Assembly: GCA_965153355.1 (NCBI GenBank)
Contig: OZ231126.1
Location: 11,718,001 to 11,782,000, forward strand
Direction of reading: 5' to 3'
Length of the DNA: 64,000 nucleotides
From: Flaccisagitta enflata
Lineage: Eukaryota
Shown: positions 1 through 12,104 of the stretch, piece after piece
Position numbering within the stretch: the stretch's first letter is position 1
Layout: each line of letters begins with the position of its first letter
Notes under the pieces: generated by a model
Seen by the model: the letters and a program-made list of their open reading frames with translations, nothing else
The model's database searches: none
What the model was told of the DNA's origin: nothing
Program-made: the position numbers and the translations under genes

Positions 1-810
1 AAGTTCCCGTCGATGTCACAGATGTTGCAAAATTGAGCAATTTTTTATTTTCCTCATTATTTATCGTAAAAGTGGTGTAATACTTCATTCAGACAAATTT
101 TGCATATTAGCAAGCTCAATTACCATTAGACGTAGATTCTCATCTGTAAAAAAGCACTGTATGTTTTTTCTATAATTCATGATTTTATTAGGAAATCTTA
201 TATTCAAATGACTTAGATATTAAATTACTGATATTAATGAAAAAGTTTCCTGATGATTGCAGATCTTGTATCTTTAACTAGACCTGAACTTTAGCGACAC
301 AATTTTGATCAATAAAAAAAAGTACAAAAATTTCAATCAATCCAAACGTACAGTGTTTTTGTTCAGATGTATAGAAACTGCACTGAAAGATCATTTTCAA
401 TGGTTACCCATTTGAAACTTCAATATGACCCTAAAGATTTGAAATTTGTACTGCGGCTCATTGATAGAATTTTTGAAAAATAAATTCAGTGAACTAGGTT
501 GCAAAGTGTCATGTCTTCCATTTAGGCATCATGACCAGCGCTTTGATTTCCCGGTTTATATTGTGGTCCCTCTGGCATTTTGCTCATCTGAACTCCCACG
601 CAGACACTCGATTGAACCGAAATGAAAACGTTATTCAGAACCGCCTTTTTCCTAAAGAGTTTCACTCATCCTCATCCTCATCCATTTAAAGAGATATTTT
701 CATTAATAACAAAATGTTTGATAAAAAAGATGTTCCGTTCATTTTTTTAATGTTTTAATGATCGGATTAGTCTTCTTTAAAGTCACACACAAAAATCAGA
801 TTGAAGTTGA

Positions 811-1543
811 GACACGATTCGAGATTCGCCCGGCCAACTATAAGAATTATGACAGCGTGCCCACGAAGCCAACATTTAGGGTATCAAAATGGGTCAAAAT
901 AGAAAACATGCATGAGTGAAAATTAAAAAAAAAGTGAATAAAAGTGATTGAGATAAGACATACATGATATTTGAAAGCAAAATTTGCATCCATTCAGCAA
1001 GAGATTCAGATTCAGCTTATTTCATTAAAGAAGATTTTCTGAAAATTTCTACATATTTCTTTTTTGTCACTGACAAGTGGTTGGTCGAAATTATAAGTTT
1101 GCATAGAAAATGAAAAAAATGAAAAACCAAAAGCATAGTTCTCTTCCTAAATCGCTTTTAAAGAGAACTATATCTTTGAAAATGCAAAATTTTTCTGGGT
1201 TTGGCTTTCTTATAATTTCGACCTCAGAAAAAAAAAAAGATGTCAACAAAATTTCACTAAAAATCTTTATTTTCTTGTCATTTTCTATGAGAGTTGCGTA
1301 TGCAAAAGGCAACTTCAAGCGTAAAATATAAAACAGACATACATAACAGGTGTATCCAGTGACAACTTTAGCGTTAAAAACATTTGTGGATGGATAATTA
1401 GTCCATTATTGATGCATAAGTGGGGTGTAGCACTTTATTTTTCCCTGGCAGATTTGACGTCATATGTAACACTTTGTGTGTTTCGGTTTTACAAGGTGTG
1501 AACATATTTCTTACAGTAAGCCCGGCGAATCTCGAATTGTGCC
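811..1543. mobile_element. ~120-bp hairpin MITE (TTGA direct repeats) split by the 850-1462 insertion
   Basis: gacacgattcgagattcgcccggccaactataagaa (811-846) is the inverted copy of ttcttacagtaagcccggcgaatctcgaattgtgcc (1508-1543). Confidence 0.65.
850..1462 (+). mobile_element. 613-bp TA-inserting element with very short (TGAC/GTCA) termini, copy 1
   Basis: TA|TGACAGCGTGCCC...ATTTGACGTCA|TA. Similar over its length to 51697-52512. It interrupts a small hairpin MITE (811-1543). Confidence 0.8.
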
Positions 1544-2306
1544 TTGAACAAGTGCTCTTGAGCAGACGTGTTTACGCGTGTGTCCGAGTGCGCGAAGTCC
1601 GTGAGTGCGCGTGCGAATGCGAGCACGACGAGAACTAACTCCTCAAGCCAAGAGAATGAGGAGCTTTTTAGTCGAGTGCACGCGACTACACCTTGCCGTG
1701 TTGGTTGGTCGGTCTGTCCGTTGGTCCATCACGTAATATTTTTAGAATTTTGATTTTTCAAGGTAATTCAAGGTAGTTGAGGGTATTTTAGGGTACTAAA
1801 GGATATTTTTTGTACTATGGTACTTTAGGGTACCTAAAATACTGTAGGTACTTAAGGTGCTTCAGGGTACATTAGGGTACTTTAGGGATCTTTTGGGTAT
1901 TTTCAGGAATTTTGGGTATTTACGGATATTTTCAGGTGTATTTGGATAAATTTTTGGGTACTTTAAGGCATTTGACCAATAAGGTGCGACGTGTGGATCG
2001 TCGAACGAATGCGTTACCCAACAGACCAACCAACCAACGGACACAGCCAGTTATAGAGGTGCTTTGTCGCACCTAAAAACGGAGCACGCGACTGTTGGCC
2101 TGTTGGGCTTGTTTGACTTGAACCACTCATTCTCTCCTCTCGATTTCTTTTTGTTGTTGCGACTTTCGGCCATCCATAAGTCTCCCTAAAACAACATTTT
2201 TTTCGCCAGTTAAACTCATCGCTAGTCCTTTTTCAAAATTTTGCAATCAATTTTACGCCCTCGTTCTCTTTACTAGAAAGCTTTTTTCGTCGGCAACTTA
2301 TTTTGA

Positions 2307-2497
2307 TTTTTAGTCGCGTGCACGCGACTCTACAACCCGCTTTGTCCGTCGGTTGGTCAGTTGGTCCGTCACACTCTACTTTTTTTTATGATTTTATTTC
2401 TTGGACCTCACTGCTCCTGCCCACGTTGTCTAGTGACTTCAAATATAGCCCCTGCCCACCCGCGCGCGACTTCGGTAGCCGTGTATCCGGCCTTGTT
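2307..2497 (+). mobile_element. HINE/DINE-1-like element, family 1 (representative copy)
   Basis: T-run, palindrome AGTCGCGTGCACGCGACT, GTCC/GTCG microsatellite, 3' subTIR CGCGACT, hairpin GCCGtgtatcCGGC, then CTTGTT; no TSD. Other copies at ~6062-6228(-), 17335-17522(-), 22447-22690, 30163-30370, 43435-43585, 50922-51129(-) and 60220-60380(-). Confidence 0.75.
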
Positions 2498-4928
2498 GTG
2501 TCAGAAACTGATTTCAAGAAAGACAATATTTTACATGAATAAAGCCGTCAATTCAGCGTAACATGCTTCAGAAGTTGAGAATGACTAAGCCTTTAAAACA
2601 ATGGAAATAGTCGCAAAAGCATCAGATGGTCCACGCTACCCGTGCCCTGCCCTAGTAGGTTGTAATAAAAGTTGGGGGAGGGAGCAAGGCAGCGGCCCCA
2701 AAGGGGTTTGATGACCTGTGCTTTCACACAAATGAGGAATTTTCTCCTTCTCCTCGAGCAATAGGGATTTGGGCCTTTGGGCTGGGATCTAGGCCTTGGG
2801 ACTGGGGTTTGGACCTCGGGGCTGGGATTTGGGCCTCAAAGCTAGGATCTGAGCTTTGAGTATAGGATTTTGGCCTCGAGGATGGGATTGGGCTTTGAAG
2901 CTGGGATATTGGCCACGAGACTGGAATTTGGGCCTCAAAGCTAGGATTTGAGTCGAGGGAGAGGGGGGGGGATGGAAAGGAGAAGAATGAGAGGAAGAAA
3001 ATTCCCCATATGTGTGAAAGCTTAGGTCATCGACCCCTTCGGGGCCGCTGCCCAACAAAGCAAAATGATGAACGGAAACGATAAGAACAGAAACGAACAG
3101 AACGAACAGAACGAACAGAACAAACAGAATGAACAGAAACGAACAGAAACAAACAGAAAAAAACAGAAACGATAAGAACAAGTCGTGTGCGAGAGAGCAG
3201 GGGCAGGATTTGAGTAACCAAAGCATTTGGACAGGAGCACTACCTAGAGCATTTGGGCAGGAGCAGTAGCTAGAGCATTCAGGCAGGAGCAGTGAGGCGA
3301 AAGACCGCAAAATAACACTTGTAAGAAACCAGCCTGTCAGGCTTTAGATCTGCCCTCTCAGGCCTGAAATCTGCCAACGCACCTCTATAACTGGCTTTGT
3401 CCGTTGGTCTGTCGGTCGGTCGGTAAGTAAAGTAACAAGGCAAAGTAGGCCAATAAGGTGCACTGTGTGGATCGTCGAGCGAATGCGTTACCGACCAACC
3501 GACCGACCCCCAGGCCCTCTCAGGCTTGAAATCTGCCCTCTCAGGCCTAAAATCTGCCCTCTCATGATCTCAGGCCTGAAATCTGTCCATCCGCACGCGA
3601 CTTCGGTAGCCGTGTATCCGGCCTTGTTTTCATCACTATCTTCGCTCGCGCTGATGTTATTTAAACCCAATGATTTTTTTTCTTTTGTTAGTTTCATTCT
3701 TTTTGAAATGGATACAATTTTTTTTTCGATTCAATTAGCAAAGCGTTTCTATCATTCCTACAAACTTTGGCTCAAATTTTGTTTCCATGCTAAAAAGATT
3801 CGAGATTTGATCGCCAACATACCAAAACATCAAGGGAAGGGATGTGGAAGTAAGGAAGCGGTCGATTATCGTGCCGCTTCCACCGCTTCCGCTTCTTCTT
3901 ATATTTTGTAGTTCAATTACTGAGCCACAAAATTTGAAGCGGTCAATCTCCTTTTAAATCCTTAATCTAGGGCCAGACCAAGAAACTGTTCGACCAAAAA
4001 ATAGTCGAAACAACCAACAAACCAACCAACCAATCAACAAACCAACCAACCATCTGACATAACATTCGTTTGACCGATTGATAGATTGATACGCCGCGCC
4101 ATGACGCTATGACGTGACTGAGGAGGCTACGACGTTTTTGTGTCAGTACCTGAGTACATCCCGCAAACGTATTCTTCCACCCGATCGAGCTTTCTAGTCG
4201 CGAGCAAGCGACTGTATAATCAATTTGTTTGTCGGTCCATTGATCTGTCAGTCAGTCCGTCTATCTAATATGTTTGATTTTTTTTGGCAATTACTATGGA
4301 TGTTTTTGGTTTTTTTTCTTTTTGCATTTCGGCGCCTACTCTTGTGCTCCCGCACGCACCTTTGGAAATTTGTTTATCTGCGACCCGGCCTTGTTTCTTT
4401 CTCAGTCCTCTCCTCTCGTCTTTCTATCATTTCTTACGTTTCACTTATCCTTTTGCCTCCAAAAGAGAGACCGAATTTTTCCCCCTCATTTTGTTTTGGG
4501 CGGTATCTTTTTTTTGAATATTCTAAATTGTTAAAAAAAGTTTTTAAAATGTGGCGTGGATCTGACTGTCTATGTTCTTGTCCGATCACGAACCGCATGA
4601 ACATATCAAATCAAAAGACATACAACATATGTAAACAATTGTACAGTGCAATACTTACAAAAATTATTCTTTTAATTCTTTGCGTTTTAAGTATGGGTTT
4701 TCTCATGAGACATGATGAGACCTTCATGGTCGCACTAGAGATATCGCAGTATGGTCGGATGGGCGGGCACCACCACTTGTAGAAATGCAAGGTGTTCTAG
4801 CCTAGGACACATCCAAAAATAGGTCTTATATTCTTCAGTTGTTAATGTCTAAATCACTAATAATAAAACCGATACGAGCCCACGTAAACCCATCCCCGAT
4901 TTAGCAACGCAATTAGCGAAAACAAGTA

Positions 4929-5265
4929 CCGTATCTTTTCTAAAAAGCGCCCCCCCTCCAAAAAGCGCCCCCCCCCCTCTTTTTTTCTTAGTGTTATACT
5001 TTTCAGAAGAGATTTGAACAGAAATATTGAGTAAAATGATGATATGAAACAACACAATGAGCCAGTTTCAAAGACTTTCAAACAGATATATGCAAGGAAT
5101 ATCTCCATTTTGAGTCAAATTTAGCATTTTGGTAGCCTTTCATGAAAAAGATAGACTGAATGACAGTATATCTACAATATAAAGGGGGCGCTAATTGGAG
5201 GGTTAAATAGCCAAGTTCTATTTCAATTTCAAAAGCGCCCGGGGCGCTTTTTAGAAAAAATACGG
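4929..5265. mobile_element. pogo/Tigger-type MITE (CCGTA termini, TA TSD)
   Basis: TA|CCGTATCTTTTCTAAAAAGCGCCCC...GGGGCGCTTTTTAGAAAAAATACGG|TA; related copy at 20525-20869. Confidence 0.8.
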
Positions 5266-5612
5266 TATCTAGTGTTTGGACAGACAGATCTTACGACAGA
5301 CGCACCTCCTATGGGCCAGTTACACGGCCAGCCAAGTCGTGTGCTGGTGGGTAGAGGCAAGGCGCCTACCAAACATTTTGGCAGAGGCAGTAGTATGTAT
5401 TCAAAGCACAGGCTTTTTTCATCTAATTAAGCGATTGGAAAATCTCCTGCCAAGGAAAAAAGCAAGTCCATGAGACAACGCTGCGTACTCGGGTTAAAAC
5501 CTCAGAAATAAACAGAAAATCTTTGGCTGACATGATCAAAATGAATAGGAAATGTAACATTTCAAGACCGACGGATGGACAAAGTGATCTGAAGTTCAGC
5601 GAAGCATGATAC

Positions 5613-6063
5613 TAACAAGGCCGGATACACGGGCCAAGACGTTGCGCCGGGCGTTATCAATTCCTATCCCTAGCTCTATCAGACCTTTCCCTAGCTCCAT
5701 CAGACCTATCCCTAGCTCTATCAGACCTACCCGAGCTCTATCAGACCTATCCCGAGCTCTATCTGACCCATCCCAAGCTCTATCTGACCTATCCCGAGCT
5801 CTGTCAGACCTATGCTCAGCTCTATCAGACCTACCCCCAGCCCTATCAGACCTATCACCAGCTCTATCAGACCTATCCCAGCGCAATCAGACCTATCCCC
5901 AGTTCTACTAGACCTAACCGTACCTGAATATTTTAGTGAATGAAATGACGAGTAACATCAATGATTTCAAACATTTTCAGCGATTTTTCATTCGAGCGTG
6001 ACGGACGGACGGATGTACGGACGGACAAAGCTTCTTATAGAGGCACTATGGCGCACCTAAAAA
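5613..6063 (-). mobile_element. HINE-like element, family 4, with a 21-bp central array
   Basis: Same family as 37411-37997 in the opposite orientation; array unit ctctatcagacctatcccgag at ~5665-5900. Confidence 0.72.
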
Positions 6064-6581
6064 CAAGGCCGGATACACGGCAGGACAGTCGCGGACGGTT
6101 GGACAGGAGCTGTAATGCGAGAACCGCCCGGAATTCAAAAATGTGATGGACGGACGGACGGACGGACGGACCGACCTACCGACCGACCGACACAGCAAGG
6201 TGTAGAGTCGCGTGTCCGCGACTAAAAAGCCAAAATGTGTCTGGCCGTGTTTCTCGACTTAAGGGAAGGATGAATAACCTCCAAATTGTACAGATGCCGT
6301 CACGCACAAACATCAGGGGCACTGGGACCTCGCTCCGTGATTTTTAGTCGCGTGCACGCGACTCTACTCCTTGCTTTGTCCGTCCGTCGGTTGGTCGGTC
6401 GGTTGGTCGGTTGGTCACGCTTTTACTTTTTTTATCAATTTTATTTCTTTAGGTCATTTTGGGTCATATAAGAGTTTACTAAGTCATTCTAAGTCATTTT
6501 AAGTCATTCTAAGTTATTCTAAGTCATTCTAAGTCATTCTAAATGTAAGTCTCGCATGCGACTTATAGGTGTTGGCCTTGT

Positions 6582-6962
6582 TTTAGATGCATCCGTCAGG
6601 AATGCATCACTATTAGAGGGTCTATCCGTCCCTCTGTACGTCCATCCATCTGGTCGTCCGTCCGTCCGTCCATCCATCCATCCATCCGTCCGTCCGTCCG
6701 TCCGTCTGTCCGTCTGTTACGCCTGTGCAAAAACATCGATTCTCGGCTGTTTTTGGCCATGGTGAGATCCAATACTAAATAGTAAATAATATGATCGACT
6801 GGCGTGTTTTGGGTGCCTCCTATGCTACTTTGTCGTTTCATCTGTCGGTTTGTCCATCTGTCTCTCCAATGGAGAGTCTCCATCTATGTCACATATTTAG
6901 CACCAAATTCAACACCCGCGGCGACACAGTTCGAACGCACCATTGCCCGGTTGGGCTTGTTT
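6582..6962 (+). mobile_element. HINE-like element, family 5
   Basis: tttAGATGCATCCGTCAGGAATGCATC palindrome, long (GTCC)n tract, ends gcttgtt; related copy at ~22993-23258 (-). Confidence 0.65.
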
Positions 6963-8025
6963 TTACAATACAGTAAAAGCAGTTCCTTGGCTGCATTCGT
7001 AATATCTCTCGTCAGCACCCAATTCTTTTGTCTTTTGCTTGCTTAACAGAGTGTGTCCACACGTAGGTCATCCGGCCTTAACCTTAAAGTTACGTTGCAT
7101 CTTTGGTAGAATTAAATCCGTTTTTAGTCGCAGGCCATGTCCATCGGTCGGTGGCGTCTTATTTTTTTCGTGTTTTTTACCTCACTGCTTCTGCCCAAAT
7201 GGTGTAGTGACCTCAAATACGGCCCCTGCCCAACCGCACTCGACATGGGTAGCCGCGTATACGGCCTTGTTCTTTGTTTGCTCAATTGCGCCACTGTAGT
7301 TGTCAATATAGGGCCCTGTCTACAATCTACAGGCGAGAACGGTTTTCAGGCAGCGACCCCGAAGGGGACAAAGTCCTGTAGAACACAGGGGGACTTTTGT
7401 TTGTCTGTTCATCCATTCGTCCATTCGTCTGTTCATCCATTATTCCCCCCAGGCTCTTTCAGGCCTGAAAATTGCCCTCTCAGGCCTGAAATCTGCCCTC
7501 TCAGGTTTTGAATCTGCCCTCTCAGGCCTTAGATCTGCCCTATCAGGCCTGAAATCTGCCCTCTCAGGCCTGAAACCTGGCCTCTCAGGCCTTAAATCTG
7601 TCCTCTCATATTCAAGGCCTGAGAGGGCAGATTTCAGGCCTGAGAGGGCCTGGGGGGGGGGACTGACGGACGGATGGACGAATGGACAAATGGCCGTACA
7701 AAAGTCCCCCTGTGTTTTAGAGGACTTTGTTCCCTTCGGGGCCGCTGCCCTGCTTCCTCTCATTCTGATTCATGACCATGCAAAGCAGGGCAACGGATAT
7801 CGCTAACCACATATTGCCCTTGGGCGACCTGATTGGCCTTCTTGCTGACATAACAGCACCTTCAATATCCCTTGGGCAATTCCGCATTACTGGATTTTTT
7901 TTTTTGCCCCCGATCAAACCTTAGATTTCTTTTTGGCAACTTGTATACAATTTTTCCCCCTTTTCCATTCCCTCCCTCTTTCTCTTCAATTCCGTCTTTC
8001 CAAACTGTTTCACTTTCCACCTTCC

Positions 8026-8026
8026 G

Positions 8027-8091
<65 letters not shown>

Positions 8092-8118
8092 GCTGTTGCT
8101 GTTGTTGTTGTTGTTGTT
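8026..8118. repeat. (GTT)n microsatellite
   Basis: About 30 GTT units, directly visible. Confidence 0.95.
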
Positions 8119-8139
8119 GGTCTTCTCTCACCTCTTCTT

Positions 8140-8351
8140 TTTTAGTTGCGGACACGCAACTCTATAAGAGGCTTTGTCCGTCCGTCCGTCCGTCTGTCCG
8201 TCGGTCCGTTGGTCCGTCTGTCACGCTCGAGTTGTCAGGCCCGTGCTGAAAACGCGAGTGTGTTTGAGGGGGGTGTGGTTGGGATGAGGCTGGGGGTTGG
8301 ATGCCCCTGCCCATCCGTCCGCAACGATATTGTGATCCCGCGTCACTTGTT
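8140..8351 (+). mobile_element. HINE-like element, family 2 (AGTTGCGGA/TCCGCAAC subTIRs)
   Basis: ttttAGTTGCGGACACGCAACT...(GTCC)n...TCCGCAAC...GTGAtcccgcgTCACttgtt. Copies at ~9015-9260, 23875-24060, 47198-47351, 50513-50735 and 58250-58390. Confidence 0.72.
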
Positions 8352-9010
8352 TTCCTCTTTCTCTTTTTATTGCTTTACTTCTGTTTTTTGTCTTTTCTGG
8401 TTTTACTTGTTCTTCTTTCTCTTTGTCTTTTTCTTTTTCTTTCTTTTTCTTTTTTTTCTTTCTTTTTTTCTTTCTTTTTCTTTTTTTCTCTTTTCTTTTT
8501 CTTTTTCTTTTTCTTTTTTCTTTTTCTTTTTCTTTTTTCTTTGTTTTCTTTTTTTTTTTTTTTTTCTTTTTTTCTTTTTTTTTCTTTTTTTTCTTTTTTT
8601 TCTTTTTTTTTTTTCTTTTTTTCTTTTTTTTCTTTTTTTCTTTTTTTTCTTTTTTTCTTTTTTTTCTTTTTCTTTTTTTTCTTTTTTTTCTTTTTTTTCT
8701 TTTTTTTTTTTTTTTCTTTTTTTTCTTTTTGTCTTTTTGTCTTTTTGTCTTTTTTGTATTTTTGTCTTTTTTGTCTTTTTTTTCTTTATTTTCTTTTTTA
8801 TCTTTTTTTTTTTTTTTCTTTCCTTTTTTTCTTTTTTTCTTTTTCTTTTTTTTTTCTTTTTTTCTTTTTTTTCTTTATTTTCTTTATTTTCTAATTTTCT
8901 TTTTTTTTATTTATTTTCTTTTTTTTTATGTTTTTCTGTTTTTTCTGTGTTTTTTTTCTGTTTTCTTTTTCTTTTTCTTTTTTTTTCTTTTTTTTCTTCT
9001 TCCTCTTCTT
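8350..9010. repeat. ~650-bp T/C low-complexity tract
   Basis: Almost only T with interspersed C; source of the poly-Phe ORFs. Confidence 0.95.
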
Positions 9011-10545
9011 TACTGGAGGACACGCAACTCCAGAGACTTTGTCTGTCCGTTGGTCCGTCGGTCCGTCAATCCGTTGGTCACGCTCGAGTTGTCACGCTCG
9101 AGTTGAAAACGCGAAAAGCGCGTATTTATGACGCTGCAGTTGGTATCGTTTGTGTGTGAGTGTGTTGGAGGGGGTTTGGGGGTGTGGTTGGGGTGAGGCT
9201 GGGGGTTGGATGCCCCTGCCCACCCGTCCGCAACGATATTGTGACCCCGCGTCACTTGTTTCTTCTTCTTCATCTCGTCCTGCTTCCTTCTCTTTCTCAA
9301 AGGAAATTCAAGACCTCTGGTAAAACAAACACGGTATTCGAATTTAGAACAGGTTTCGCGATTTTCGATGTAAACGAATCCAAAACTCACACTGTTTTTT
9401 CGATATTCGTTTATACAAATTAGAATGTTCACATGTTTGAAGATTAAGCGAGAGTAAAGTCAATCCTCGAGTTTACAGTCGCGTGAACGCGACTCTAGAA
9501 GCCGCTATGTCGGTCTGTCGGTCTGTCGGTCACATTTTTTGAATATAGCTTAAATCTTCATTTTAAAGGAACTTAAGGGTACTTTAGAGTACTTCAGGGT
9601 AATTTAGGGTACTTAAGAGTACTTTAGGGTACTTAAGGGTGCTACAGGTATTAAGGGTACTAACAGGGTACTTTAGGTACTTTTGGGTACTTGAGGGTAC
9701 TTAAGGGTATTTAAGGTACTTTAGGGTACTTTAGAGTACCACAGGGTATTTTAGGGTTCATTAGGTACTTAAGGGTACTTTAGAGTACTTTAGGGTACTT
9801 TTAATACTTTATTTCAATCTATTACCTTTACCTTTATTACCTTTACCTTTATTACCTTTACCTTTTTTATTACCTTTTCCTTTAATTGGTGCATAGATAA
9901 CATAATTTGGAGTGCATTAATTACAAAAATTTCAGAGGCAAGTTACAATTTACGAATCATCCAGACGGCGAAGCTTTGACATTGAAAAGCTTCCAGTTTA
10001 GATCATATCATCAAAACGCAACAACGTGACGTGGCGAAGAAACACGATCTCTCTTCGACCTTCGCGGCTTTCCAAGAAAAATCATAAAAAAACTGCTTCA
10101 ACCATAATGTAATCGGCTGTAAATACACTCAAAATTCCATCTTTTTGTTCTCCACCCAACTGCAAATTTTCATCTCAATCAGTCAACGGGAAGGGTCAAA
10201 ACTTTGAAAGAAACTACCATCATTAATGGGATTGATTTTATTTCATCATAAAAAAAAATCGCTATCGTGGTCTCACTCTCTCATCGCCTCATATTTGTTT
10301 GGAATCTAAAGTCCAAGTTGAATCAGTTCTCCAACCTCGGTCTTCTTGTGTAACAACTACAGCTAAGAATTTTTGTTACAAAACCATTTACTCCTTCGCG
10401 GCTAAAAAAAAAACTACTTCACAGAACCAAAGACTGAATCTTACTGAAGGAAATTGTCATCTTTCCGTGTTAATAAAGCTCAAGACATGGAGAAAATACA
10501 GCATGATATTGCGCAACTGGAAAAAGAGTCAAAAGAAACAAATGA

Positions 10546-11535
10546 ATGGAAAACCAAAATGGATGCTCTACTCATGACCTTCAAAAAGGTTTTGAAGGTT
10601 TTGAAAAAGTCGTGGAAGGCATTAACAATAATCATACAGCTTTGAATGAAACAATTGCCATGCTAACCATTAAAATGAAAAATCATATCACAAGTGCTGA
10701 TTCCTTCAAAGCCCAAGTGGTTAAGCATCAGGTTGCCTCAAAAACCGAACTTGAAGCCTTCAAAGCCCAAGTGGTTAAGCATCAGGTTGCCTCAAAAACC
10801 GAATTTGAAGCCTTTGGAAAGAAATTGACTAAATCACAACAACAGTTAGATGCAACAAATCGCAAGTTTGCGGAGGAGATGGAAAAAAACAGGCGTATCA
10901 AAGATGAATTGAAGACCAAGATGGATGCCATTGGAGAAAGAACAACATCAACTGACGTCAGATTACAGGAGCTCCAAACCGAATTTCAAGCAATCAAGGC
11001 AAAAGTGGATGAAATTCACAATTCTGCACAAAGTTCAACCAACCCTGCCACAATGAATAAAGGCACACCTGTGCAATTTGTTCCAGAATGGGTCTTGCGG
11101 GAACGAAAGAGAAAAAACATCATCATTTTTGGTCAACAGGAAACAGATGACAATCTTGCCATGATCAAATTGCTTGCTGGTGACTTGGACCTGGACCTGG
11201 ATCCTTCTACGGACATTGTTCATCATTTTCGTGTTGGAACATCAAACAGTAGCAATTTGCGCCCCCTGGTCGTTAAATTTGTATGCTCAGAAAAAAAGAG
11301 GGCAATGCTCCTGATGGCAAAGAAGCTGAGAGGAATGGAGAAATGGAATGGGGTGATTATCACTCACGACATGACAAAATTGGAATGTCAAGTGGAAAAA
11401 GCATGGGAGATTAAATTGCGGCAAGATGCTGAGCATTTGAACAATTCTCTTACTGCAGATGAAAAAAGCGTCAAGTTTTTCAAAGTTATTGGCGGCCGCC
11501 GCGAGCGAAGAATAGCATGCTTTCCCATTAAATGA
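10546..11535 (+). CDS. Non-LTR retrotransposon ORF1p-like protein (coiled coil plus RRM-like domain, L1/L2/CR1 type), no ORF2
   Basis: 329-aa ORF: long heptad-rich helical region, then RERKRKNIIIFG...FRVG...RPLVVKF...KKLRG...VIITHDMTK, a pattern typical of LINE ORF1 proteins. The coiled coil appears to continue upstream in another frame (10487-10590). Confidence 0.75.
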   Translation: MENQNGCSTHDLQKGFEGFEKVVEGINNNHTALNETIAMLTIKMKNHITSADSFKAQVVKHQVASKTELEAFKAQVVKHQVASKTEFEAFGKKLTKSQQQLDATNRKFAEEMEKNRRIKDELKTKMDAIGERTTSTDVRLQELQTEFQAIKAKVDEIHNSAQSSTNPATMNKGTPVQFVPEWVLRERKRKNIIIFGQQETDDNLAMIKLLAGDLDLDLDPSTDIVHHFRVGTSNSSNLRPLVVKFVCSEKKRAMLLMAKKLRGMEKWNGVIITHDMTKLECQVEKAWEIKLRQDAEHLNNSLTADEKSVKFFKVIGGRRERRIACFPIK

Positions 11536-12104
11536 CTCACTAACTTAGAGACCATAAGAGCACAATGATCAAATCAGATTTTTTTTTTCTCTCTTTACAA
11601 ATGGTTTTTTAGTATCATGAAATCTTTAGTATTTGCTCAGAGAATAATCACTGATATTATTTGCACTTATAAAAGCATCATATTTTCTATTTGGAGGTAT
11701 TTATAGTCTTTATTTTTTATATATTGGAAAGTCGTTGAAAATTTTGGTGAATATGCAACTTTTTCCTTTACTGATTTACACTTTTGATTTTTAAAACTAG
11801 TGACTGGTCAATTTTGGATATTTTGAACATAGAATTTTCAATTTTTAGCAGTTGCATGGTAACAATTCTCGCTTTTGGTTCTTATGAACTACTGACTGGT
11901 TAATTTTCTTTGCCACGTAAATTGTAATTCGACGGAACAGCTATCATCTCGAAGAGCAAGTCGTAAAAAGCTTGCTTCCTTTGATAGCTTAAATTTTATA
12001 TTATATATTATATCCTGGTCAGGTTGGGATTGCCTTTCAATGCAGTTTATATTTCCTTTGCAAGCTGCAAGCTGCAAAGTACAAAGGACCCGCTTTTATG
12101 AGTA

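Noticed and set aside
1517..1600. Exon-like 84-nt segment (SPANLELCLEQVLLSRRVYACVRVREV) with AG/GT borders
   Set aside because: Its acceptor and 5' third are the right arm of the hairpin MITE 811-1543, and no in-phase partner exon was found.
8146..9159. 337-aa Phe-rich ORF and overlapping ORFs
   Set aside because: Translation of the T/C low-complexity tract and flanking HINE copies; open in several frames only because stops are absent.
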